A stretch of 58,112 nucleotides of DNA. Origin: Microgenomates group bacterium Gr01-1014_7 (GTDB taxonomy: Bacteria > Patescibacteriota > Microgenomatia > Daviesbacterales > UBA10151). Where the stretch lies: positions 1 through 58,112 of the forward strand of contig VMGD01000009.1 in the NCBI GenBank assembly GCA_007376405.1, given 5' to 3'. The position numbers and the translations under genes were made by a program. Numbering within the stretch: the first letter of the stretch is position 1; each line of letters opens with the position of its first letter. Of this stretch, positions 1 to 7,827 are shown one piece after another. The notes beneath the pieces were generated by a model. The model was given only the letters and a program-made list of their open reading frames with translations, did not search any database and had not been told where the DNA came from.

Positions 1-111
1 AGAAAACTCTTCCAGAAAATCAGAGAAGCTGACAGACAGGACGGTTCGCAGCGTAAATAGTACCTTAATTTCAGTACCATTATTCAATTAGGTATGACTA
101 CCAAAGCTGAA

Positions 112-154
112 GGTGCCAACGTAATCCACCCTCCAGGTGGTATAGGTTGACACC
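112..154 (+). repeat. 43-bp nested imperfect palindrome (REP / IS200-end-like), copy 1, just upstream of the Y1 transposase gene
   Basis: ggtgccaac...ccacc-ctcca-ggtgg...gttgacacc. The outer 8-9 bp and inner 5 bp inverted repeats are nested. About 33/43 identical to 883-925, same orientation. Confidence 0.6.
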
Positions 155-182
155 TATTCTCCTTTAATAGTATTCTCAAGTA

Positions 183-866
183 ATGGCTACTTTCAGAAGA
201 GTAATTTTCGCGAATGATGAAATTTACCATGTATTTAATAGAGGAGTTGAAAAAAGGCCAACTTTTACCAATAAAAGAGAACTGGACCGGGCGGTGGAGA
301 CACTGGATTATTATAGATTTGCAGATTTGCCTGGTAAATTATCCAAATTCTTAACCCTTCCCTTAGAGGAGAGAATAAAAATAATCAAAAATATTAAGAC
401 TGATTTTAAAAAATTAGTGGATATAATCAGTTATTGTTTAATGCCGAATCATTTTCATTTTCTGCTTAAGCAAAAGGTTGAACACGGCATTTCCGTTTTT
501 ACGGCTAACTTTACCAATTCCTACACCCGTTACTTTAATTCCCGGCACGAAAGAATCGGGCCGTTATTTGAAGGAATTTTTAAAGCCGTACGCATTGAGT
601 CGGAAGAACAATTTATTCACGTATCCAGGTATATCCATCTAAATCCTGTTACTTCATACATGATTGAGCCGGAACGGCTGGCAACTTACCTTTGGTCATC
701 CTATCCCGAATATATGAATTTATCCCCAAACAATATTGCCGAAAAAGATGCTATTTTAAGTTTAATATCTTCAAAGAATGCAAAAGAAAAATATAAACTT
801 TTTGTTTTAGATCAGGCGGACTATGCGCGCAAGCTCGATCAAATTAAACACCTAATTCTAGAATAA
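183..866 (+). CDS. HUH/Y1 tyrosine transposase, IS200-like / REP-associated (RAYT-type)
   Basis: HUH motif in MPNHFHFLLKQ and catalytic Tyr context SRYIHLNPV, typical of the Y1_Tnp / COG1943 family. 227 aa. Confidence 0.85.
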   Translation: MATFRRVIFANDEIYHVFNRGVEKRPTFTNKRELDRAVETLDYYRFADLPGKLSKFLTLPLEERIKIIKNIKTDFKKLVDIISYCLMPNHFHFLLKQKVEHGISVFTANFTNSYTRYFNSRHERIGPLFEGIFKAVRIESEEQFIHVSRYIHLNPVTSYMIEPERLATYLWSSYPEYMNLSPNNIAEKDAILSLISSKNAKEKYKLFVLDQADYARKLDQIKHLILE

Positions 867-882
867 AATGATTTTGAGAAAG

Positions 883-925
883 GGTGCCAAGCCAGTCCAC
901 CCTCCAGGTGGTTTGAATTGGCACC
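883..925 (+). repeat. 43-bp nested imperfect palindrome, copy 2, just downstream of the Y1 transposase gene
   Basis: ggtgccaa...ccacc-ctcca-ggtgg...ttggcacc. Same architecture and orientation as 112-154. Confidence 0.6.
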
Positions 926-932
926 TGTTCCT

Positions 933-1226
933 CTACTTACTGCCCAGGAATTTTTGGACAAAGTCATTTACGAAATTTGATCCCCTTGAGATGATAAAGC
1001 CTGATAATAGAAAATCCAAAAAAGGATTGCCGCTATCCAGTCCCAATAAGCTGCTGAAAATATTTATTTGATAGGTAAAACACAAAAAAATAGCAGTAGC
1101 CAGAGCTATCAGCGGCAGATACGGACGGACTTCCTTCACGCTTCCAACCAGATATTCAATAATTGACTCATTAAGCGTGGCAAAAGCAAATACTATTGCC
1201 AGTGGAGACAAACTAAAATTTTCCAA
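933..1226 (-). CDS. small multi-TM membrane protein, holin-like (putative)
   Basis: 97 aa with 2-3 hydrophobic segments, immediately downstream of the amidase gene. No family motif recognised. Confidence 0.45.
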   Translation of the reverse strand: MENFSLSPLAIVFAFATLNESIIEYLVGSVKEVRPYLPLIALATAIFLCFTYQINIFSSLLGLDSGNPFLDFLLSGFIISRGSNFVNDFVQKFLGSK

Positions 1227-1235
1227 TTTATACTA

Positions 1236-1252
1236 CCCCGATTAAATCGGGG
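1236..1252. repeat. palindromic hairpin CCCCGAT-TAA-ATCGGGG, member of a dispersed hairpin family
   Basis: Core cccgatttaatcggg recurs at 28204-28224. Lies between the amidase stop and the next start. Confidence 0.4.
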
Positions 1253-1265
1253 CTTCCTTTCCGGG

Positions 1266-2210
1266 CTAGAATATGAATTTGTATAAATTAATCAATGCAC
1301 CGAGTATTGTCAATGAGGTATCTTTTGGAGGTTGCGGCGGCAGGGGAGGGGCAGGTGGAATGGGTACCAGTCTTTCTCTTAAATTATTAATTTCCTGATC
1401 TTTTTCCTGTACAGTTTCCTGCAGGGCAAAAACCTGCTGATTGACTGATGACAGAGATGCTTGGAGATTATTGATCTGATCCTGCAAGGAGGGGACTTCT
1501 TTGCCGGTTCTTACCAGATTTTTATGCTCCTCGGAGGAAACCATGGAACGCATAATATCATCAATACTCATTGAACTATTGGTGTAAGTCTGCAAACCAC
1601 CCATGTCAGGGTCCCGGCCTAAAACTGTTATGTAAAGTCCACTTATCTTTGCACCGCGATCAGATGGCGGTTGAGAAATCCCACCTTTTACAATTTCCGG
1701 ACGCCAGGAGGACCAATTATCACCCGGACAGGTGGTTGATTGACCGGGCAGCTCTTTATGGCCCTTGACCGCATCCCAGGAATTTACATTGGATAAATTG
1801 GGGTAATTATTAATGAAAAAATCACAAAGAGTATGTGCGCAGTCCATCTGTTCACTAGATGGCACTCTTCCTGATGTAAAATTTCCCACCAGGCAAATAC
1901 CAAGTACCTGCTCGTTTAAGTTAGCTACATTAGCCCGTGCTGTTGAGATATCTCCGACATAAAACACCGTGCCATTTTTGGCAATTAAAAAATGATATCC
2001 GATCCCGCCCCAACCATTGCTGTTAATGTGAAAGTTGGCGATTTCATCCGGAGTTTGACTATCAGGACCGGCAGTATGATGTATTGCCAGAAAATTAACC
2101 TGACTTAAGGGTCTGACCCAGCTCCAGTTAAAAGAGTCCCCGGGAATCGTGTCTCTTATATCAACAAATTGATTGCCCAGGGAGGGAATTGAAAGATTAG
2201 TTCTGGCCAT
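1266..2210 (-). CDS. N-acetylmuramoyl-L-alanine amidase (Amidase_2/PGRP type) with C-terminal coiled-coil, Pro-rich and hydrophobic tail
   Basis: Motifs AIHHTAG, GWGGIGYHFLI, GHKELPGQSTTCPG. Start placed at the internal ATG (MARTNLS) because the longer ORF overlaps the plus-strand gene at 2386-2745. Confidence 0.8.
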   Translation of the reverse strand: MARTNLSIPSLGNQFVDIRDTIPGDSFNWSWVRPLSQVNFLAIHHTAGPDSQTPDEIANFHINSNGWGGIGYHFLIAKNGTVFYVGDISTARANVANLNEQVLGICLVGNFTSGRVPSSEQMDCAHTLCDFFINNYPNLSNVNSWDAVKGHKELPGQSTTCPGDNWSSWRPEIVKGGISQPPSDRGAKISGLYITVLGRDPDMGGLQTYTNSSMSIDDIMRSMVSSEEHKNLVRTGKEVPSLQDQINNLQASLSSVNQQVFALQETVQEKDQEINNLRERLVPIPPAPPLPPQPPKDTSLTILGALINLYKFIF

Positions 2211-2385
2211 TTTTGAGGGCAGGATGGAGTTATAGTACAGAACTAGTCTGCCTATGTCAACCCGTTCAAGTTTTGCTTCGCAAAATTTGCGCGGGTCAGC
2301 CACTTGACAGACTGATTTTTTTATTGGACTATTAAAGTATGGCCCCACTTCGTTAAAACTTCGCGGGGTAAAGGAGGTGAGTAAT

Positions 2386-2745
2386 TTGCAAATTATAGTA
2401 GCTTTAGTCATAAACGCTCTGGCACTTCTCCTGACAGCATATGTTGTCCCCGGATTTAAGGTTGACAATTTCACTACAGCACTGCTCGCTGCAGTTGTTT
2501 TGGGAGTAGTTAATACTTTCATCAAACCGGTATTATCTTATGTAACAGCACCATTAACGATTGTTACTCTGGGACTATTTACATTTGTAGTTAATGCAAT
2601 TGTACTTTTTATAGTTTCTTATTTTGTACCGGGGCTGATGATTGGCGGATGGGTTAGCGCAATTTTAGGAGCAATAGTGCTTTCGGTTGTGGCAACAGTT
2701 CTTAATTCATTACTTAAAGATCTGGCGAAATACGGGAAGAAGTGA
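2386..2745 (+). CDS. phage holin family 4 / DUF360 (YvlD-like) membrane protein
   Basis: Four hydrophobic helices with a typical PGFKVDNF...VLGVVNTFIKP pattern. AAGGAGG lies 8 nt before TTG 2386; the alternative start is GTG 2377. Confidence 0.7.
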   Translation: MQIIVALVINALALLLTAYVVPGFKVDNFTTALLAAVVLGVVNTFIKPVLSYVTAPLTIVTLGLFTFVVNAIVLFIVSYFVPGLMIGGWVSAILGAIVLSVVATVLNSLLKDLAKYGKK

Positions 2746-3430
2746 AGGATCTAAGCGTATGAGGTGTAGCCTTTACTGAAAGGCCTAGTTTTTTGACATA
2801 CTTTTCTACAATCCTCTGGATTGAGCGGGGAGTAAGTCTCATTGCTTCGCCGTCATTTTCCACTACAACTCTTCCCTGAAACCTGATAAATAAAGGTTTA
2901 AAGCTGTCCTTCCTTACGCATCTCCTCATATATAGATATTTTTCCAGCCAGCGACCCGAATTGACTCCGTTACGATTAAGCAAAACAAGCTCCGATACCC
3001 GAAGTCCTGTGGAAAATATAGTTTCCAGGATAGCTTTATCTCTTATTCCATTTATTTTTGTAGTATCAGGCGCATCAAGAAGCACCATAAGCTGTGTATC
3101 GTTTAATACTTTCAAAGGAGATGCTTCTTGTTTATCCAGTTTAACTTCTTCCTTGGATAAACTTTTAATATTTTGCTCTTCAAGGTAGCGTAAAAATGTT
3201 CTAAGAGCAATTAAATAACAGTTGCGGGTCTTTCGTTTTAATGGTTTTTTTGAAAGATAAAGTTTATAACTTTTAACAAGTTTTAAATCTACGCTCTCCG
3301 GCTCAATATCACCGGCAAAATCCAAAAATTTCTTTAAGTATTGGTCATAGTTTCGAATAGTCAACAAAGATGCATTGCGCTCAACTTCAAGACATTCAAG
3401 AAAGTCCGTTAGAAGGGAAGAAAGAATCAT
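2714..3430 (-). pseudogene. tyrosine recombinase XerC/XerD-like, degenerate (internal deletion, 3' truncation, no catalytic Tyr)
   Basis: N-terminal SAM-like domain and ILETIFSTGLRVSEL (Arg box) are present. The GKGxKxR segment is missing. The ORF ends at TPHTLRSF before the HxxR..Y region, unlike the intact paralog at 14619-15629. Confidence 0.5.
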
Positions 3431-4152
3431 AGAAAAGCCAAACCCAGAATTCCCAAAACAGTCAAAACCGAACCTATTATTGCTATAGCAAATGTTAACT
3501 CCGGGGTGCCGGGACCTCTGCCTGTTTGATCAACTAAATTATCAATGGTTCTGTAACCAGCTGAAGGAGTAGCTATTCCTGTTTGACCTTGAGGCAAATA
3601 AACAACTGCCGGTCCAGGGGTTGGACTGGCACAGCTACCAGCTCCAATAGTATAGCTGCCGTTTCCAACCGAGGATAAAACATCCGCTACTGTTCCGCGC
3701 TGAACCACATTGGAATCGGTTGTTTTGGCTTTATTATTGGGATCAAAATCAAAAGTAATGGCGGTTGCTCCGGCCGGTGCAGCCTCCAGAACAGTAAAAT
3801 TTATTGTGGCCAAAGTACCCTTGCCGGAAAAAGCAGAGGCAACAGAGGCCAGACCGGATATAGTTACCCGCCCCGTAGTTGAATCTATATTTGAACCCGG
3901 ATAATCGCTATAAATAGTACCGTTTAAAATGGAAGTGGCAGTAAAACGGGTGGGATCGTAAACTAAAATTGCATCTGTCCCGTCTGTGTCGGCGCTTTGA
4001 GCATCAAGAGTTACAGTCAGGGCAAAACCGCAGCCTTTATTAAAGGTACCTGATGTGGGGGAAACCGACAGCGTTGCAGCAAAGGCGGCAGACGGTAATA
4101 TAACCGTTATAATGATTATAATTGTTATAATAGTTATAATTTTTATATTCAT
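3427..4152 (-). CDS. cohesin-like domain surface protein with signal peptide and C-terminal TM anchor
   Basis: Signal MNIKIITIITIIIIITVILPSAAFA. Cohesin-like pattern TLSVSP...FALTVTLDA...ILVYDPTRF...ATINFTVLE...ITFDF. C-terminal hydrophobic tail. ATGA overlap with the next gene. Confidence 0.7.
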   Translation of the reverse strand: MNIKIITIITIIIIITVILPSAAFAATLSVSPTSGTFNKGCGFALTVTLDAQSADTDGTDAILVYDPTRFTATSILNGTIYSDYPGSNIDSTTGRVTISGLASVASAFSGKGTLATINFTVLEAAPAGATAITFDFDPNNKAKTTDSNVVQRGTVADVLSSVGNGSYTIGAGSCASPTPGPAVVYLPQGQTGIATPSAGYRTIDNLVDQTGRGPGTPELTFAIAIIGSVLTVLGILGLAFL

Positions 4153-4814
4153 TTAATTACAATTTCCAGATTTCCAACTTCTTCCAGCAAATCTTTTCCG
4201 CTTTCAGTACCCACAATGTTGGAATCTGCTGTTGAACCGGGAGTAAAATCCAAAGTTATTTTTGCAACTCCTTTTTTTAGGGTCTTAAAATTAACTATAG
4301 CAAAAATATCTTTTCCCGAAAAACCAGATGTTCCGGGAGTGGCAATTCCGGAAATACTCAAAAACCCCGAGGGGTCAACTTTGCTTAGTGGAAACTTTGA
4401 AAAAATTGTGCCCTGATGAATATCTCCGTCAATTGCCGAAAGCATTGCCGGATCAAACTTTGCCACCACATCAACTCCTGCTGTAAACTTTGGGGAATTT
4501 ACCCCAACCGAAACTGCAATTGTATCTCCGACTTTTACCTCTTTTTTATCGCTAGTTAAGAAAATTGCGCCTTTGTTTGATTCCCTGGTAGCAGGCAGAT
4601 TTAAAATTCCACCATCAGGGGAAGCTGTAGAAGAAGGTTTGATAACAGAACGAAGCCCAAAAATAAGTTCTATGACCACAATAATACCTAAAACTATGAA
4701 AATATTTTTCGGGGTTATCCATTTACGTCCCGCAGAAATTGGAGGTTGAGGGAGCTGAGGTGTAGATGTTCCTCCTGTCGGAACAAAAATATTCGGCTGA
4801 GCAGTATTATCCAT
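4149..4814 (-). CDS. N-terminally membrane-anchored cohesin-domain protein
   Basis: TM segment IFIVLGIIVVIELIFGL, then VKVGDTIAVSVGV...VDVVAKFDPAMLSAI...FAIVNFKTLKKGVAKITLDF...DSNIV, a classic cohesin beta-sandwich pattern. Confidence 0.75.
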   Translation of the reverse strand: MDNTAQPNIFVPTGGTSTPQLPQPPISAGRKWITPKNIFIVLGIIVVIELIFGLRSVIKPSSTASPDGGILNLPATRESNKGAIFLTSDKKEVKVGDTIAVSVGVNSPKFTAGVDVVAKFDPAMLSAIDGDIHQGTIFSKFPLSKVDPSGFLSISGIATPGTSGFSGKDIFAIVNFKTLKKGVAKITLDFTPGSTADSNIVGTESGKDLLEEVGNLEIVIK

Positions 4815-4851
4815 ATAAGTTTACAATACTACATTTCTACTGTCTTTGTCA

Positions 4852-7827
4852 TCATGGGCTTGGACTTGGTGACGGTGTCGGGCTTGGACTGGAACTCGGA
4901 GTCGGAGTTGGACCAGCTGACGGAGAGGGAGTTGGTGTAGTAGAGGTACCTGTGGGGGTCGGGCCGCCAGAGGGAGTAGGAGAAGGTGAGGTAGCAGGAC
5001 TGATAATAGTAAGCGACCCTGCCGGGGTGGGGGATACGGTAATAGACAAAGGCCCTGGCTCCGGTTCGGAATCATCGGAATTGTTAAAATAAGGTCTCAT
5101 ACAAGCCCAGTCAAAGGAATTAACCCTACCATCACCGTTAAGGTCAGCCCTTTTTTCTCCTGTTGCAGCTTGCGCCACCACCCATTCCCGAATCATCTGT
5201 CCAAAATCAGCACTGTTAATTTTTCCATCCCCCTGCACCGGGAAAATATCACCAACAGGTAAATCCAGCGAACCTAATCTGGTAGTGCCCCTGTTGGCAA
5301 AAAATTCAACTACCCTCCGCAGAGTACCCGGAGCTTTTATGCCTATACGATAACCTCTACCTTGTTGAAGTCTCGTGCGGAGTCCGGATATTAATCCGTT
5401 TGCACCGATACTGACGGTTTCCTGTACAACACTTCCGCCCTCACGGCCTTCGGCAATAGTTGCAGTTACATTAGATAAGGTTTGTGTCAAAGTTTGCCTG
5501 CAGAAAAAGTTAGCTCCCAGTTGCAGTTGGGATGTTGCAACAGAACAGGTGGTGGACTGCGTTGCGGCACCATCCTGACGGGTTAAAATGATTGGGAAGG
5601 ATTGGCCGGTTGTGGCTGTCTGATTCAGGGTGGCAGTAACTTGACTGTCACTCCAGGAATCAATATTAAGGGCAGTTGAGCCGGTTTTAACAGACCCGTC
5701 CCTTCCTTGGCTCGCTCCAAAGAATCTACCGGTTAATGTAAAGCGCACGCCTCCATCAACACCAAGGTCACATGATATGCCTCCACCAGTAACATCCAAA
5801 GTGGGATCAGGATTAACAATCCTTATGGTAAATGGCCCTATTGGACCGGAATCTGTTGCCTCACCGGCAGGACCGGTACCTAAAAACTTAACCCAAATTT
5901 CATGGTCTATATCAACAGTTCTATTTCTGAAGCTGTAGGGAAGAGTCAGGGGAGATGCTGTATAAGCTACCTCCGTATAAAGACTTGCATCCCCCAACCC
6001 TGCGCTTGATTCGGCAATTCTTACCCTGGTAGTTGTAGCAGCCAAAGGATCAACAGTTAACTCTGCCGAATTATCAACACAACCGCTGCCTGCCGTTCCT
6101 GTTATAACCATACCCCTTGTTTGTCCGGAGAATCTATAGCTTTGGCCGGGCTGAGTGGGTACTCTCGGAGTATAATCCGATACAGGTCTTATAGAACCAT
6201 CAGCATTAACATTTATATCAACCTCTGACCCGTCAGGAGCATGCACGGTAATAAAAACATCATTGGCAATATTATTTGTTCTGTAACCCCAAACTCCGTC
6301 AACATTATGGAAAGCCGCCACGTCTACCCTTTCTCCAATCCTTATCCTTCTGTTTCTAACCCAGTTTGTTTCACCCTGCCCTCTGAGACGAACTTCGGTT
6401 CCCTGATATATACAGGCGGAAAGAGCAGGTCTTCTGGCAACTCTGACTATAAATGGCGCGCAAACTTCGGCATTGCTGCCCGTTGCATCTGTAGCAATTC
6501 TTGATTCTACTGTGTATTCGTTTTCCCTGGCAGTACTTGTATTGGCCAAAATATTCATAGCCCAGCCTGAATCCGGAGCTTGAATTCTACCTGGTCTTTG
6601 GGTAAAGGTAATATTCGGTATTGTTGTACCCGGAGAAGGCGCAGGAGTAATAGGAAGTACAGTGGATGTGGGCTGTAAAACAATGCTTGTTGCCGGAGTT
6701 CTTGTGACATTCAACCGCACGTTTCCACCGCTGTCCCTGACAGGATATACATTCTCACCACCCGGCCCGGTTTCACCAGCTAGCGCGGTTAAACCTTCAG
6801 GAACTGCATTAGTACAAATTAGAGCAACAGGCGATGGAGTAGGGGTTGGGGAAGGACACAAAGTCGTAGTAAAGCTGCGAACAGGTGAATGAATACCTGC
6901 GCCTGTTACAGGAGTACCCACGGGATTCGCCTGACCGTTAAAAACCCTGACAAAGTAAGTTCTGCCCGGCACAGGTCTAAATACTCCTGCTGGTCCTGTT
7001 GTAATCAGATGATTAAAACCTGTTAGATCAGCGGTGTATTGAGTTCTTCCCGCAATAGCCACAAAATCCCTATGGTAAAAGTTTGTGCCCGCAAAATTCG
7101 AATCTTCTGAAATATCAATCCAGAATCTGTCACTAAACGACTGACCCTGCCAGTGTATGATAATTCTTCCCAGCTGATCATTAGTCAAATTAGATGAGAA
7201 ACAACTTGGTAGTAAATCAAGGGTAAATGCAACATCAGTAATAAAGGGCTGACCCGGGGCAAGGGATGGGGTTGGAGAAGGGGATATTCCGGGCAGAGAG
7301 TATTGGCCGCTAACATTGTCGGTTGAGGAAATCAAGCTTGTGCTCGTGGCGGCAATAAATCTGGTATTTGCCCCGTCAATAGTAATCGGGACAGGGCTTG
7401 ACCCTGCAGCTGCCAAAAGTCTGGCTGTAAGAGTACCAACTTCCACTCCTCCTCTTCTTGGTTCACCCGAAGTATTCACCACCACAAATCTTCTATTATC
7501 CGCAGTTATAAAAACCTGTCTGAAATTAGGGGTTGTTGGAGAAAATCTTACTATTTCTATCTTGGTGGCATCAAAATTTAATGAAATATCAGCGCCGGAA
7601 ACATCGGCGTTAGAATTCATCATGATCCTGATAGGAAATTCAACTCCGGCAGCCCTGGTATCTGTTGCAGGAACCAGTCTAAAAGAAGCTACCTCTCCTG
7701 TAGCCCTGGAACGCAAAATCTGCTGCTGGCGGACAAGATACATTGTTGCCGGTATGGCAACAAGCAACGCTATTATACCTGCCAGCATAAGCCACTTTCT
7801 ATTTAAGTTTTTAACTGCGTTAATCAT
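4852..7827 (-). CDS. large secreted/surface protein with N-terminal anchor motif, cohesin-like module, uncharacterised modules, dockerin and PT-rich tail
   Basis: 991 aa. N-terminus ...LLVAIPATMYLVRQQQILRSRA. Dockerin ADLNGDGRVNSFD. C-terminal PTPSPS tail. Confidence 0.85.
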   Translation of the reverse strand: MINAVKNLNRKWLMLAGIIALLVAIPATMYLVRQQQILRSRATGEVASFRLVPATDTRAAGVEFPIRIMMNSNADVSGADISLNFDATKIEIVRFSPTTPNFRQVFITADNRRFVVVNTSGEPRRGGVEVGTLTARLLAAAGSSPVPITIDGANTRFIAATSTSLISSTDNVSGQYSLPGISPSPTPSLAPGQPFITDVAFTLDLLPSCFSSNLTNDQLGRIIIHWQGQSFSDRFWIDISEDSNFAGTNFYHRDFVAIAGRTQYTADLTGFNHLITTGPAGVFRPVPGRTYFVRVFNGQANPVGTPVTGAGIHSPVRSFTTTLCPSPTPTPSPVALICTNAVPEGLTALAGETGPGGENVYPVRDSGGNVRLNVTRTPATSIVLQPTSTVLPITPAPSPGTTIPNITFTQRPGRIQAPDSGWAMNILANTSTARENEYTVESRIATDATGSNAEVCAPFIVRVARRPALSACIYQGTEVRLRGQGETNWVRNRRIRIGERVDVAAFHNVDGVWGYRTNNIANDVFITVHAPDGSEVDINVNADGSIRPVSDYTPRVPTQPGQSYRFSGQTRGMVITGTAGSGCVDNSAELTVDPLAATTTRVRIAESSAGLGDASLYTEVAYTASPLTLPYSFRNRTVDIDHEIWVKFLGTGPAGEATDSGPIGPFTIRIVNPDPTLDVTGGGISCDLGVDGGVRFTLTGRFFGASQGRDGSVKTGSTALNIDSWSDSQVTATLNQTATTGQSFPIILTRQDGAATQSTTCSVATSQLQLGANFFCRQTLTQTLSNVTATIAEGREGGSVVQETVSIGANGLISGLRTRLQQGRGYRIGIKAPGTLRRVVEFFANRGTTRLGSLDLPVGDIFPVQGDGKINSADFGQMIREWVVAQAATGEKRADLNGDGRVNSFDWACMRPYFNNSDDSEPEPGPLSITVSPTPAGSLTIISPATSPSPTPSGGPTPTGTSTTPTPSPSAGPTPTPSSSPSPTPSPSPSP
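5080..5265 (-). other. dockerin type I-like module (two EF-hand-like Ca loops)
   Basis: PVQGDGKINSADFGQMI ... DLNGDGRVNSFDWACM. The second loop fits DxNxDGxVNxxD exactly. Confidence 0.7.
7348..7695 (-). other. cohesin-like module at the N-terminus of the 991-aa protein
   Basis: FRLVPATDT..GVEFPIRIMMNS..VSGADISLNFDATKIEIVRF..VGTLTARLLA..PITIDG pattern. Confidence 0.5.

Noticed and set aside
868-1071. 67-aa plus-strand ORF after the transposase gene
   Set aside because: It begins inside the downstream palindromic element and overlaps the minus-strand membrane-protein gene. It has no SD or protein-like features.
4746-5092. Plus-strand and alternative-frame ORFs (4746-4940, 4766-5092, 4821-5075) and similar ones at 9034-9315, 9169-9462, 9705-9917, 13553-13855 and 8377-8577
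   Set aside because: They lie antisense to or out of frame with the PT/GV-rich linkers of the large minus-strand genes. The low-complexity repeats keep several frames open, and their products are pure low-complexity strings.
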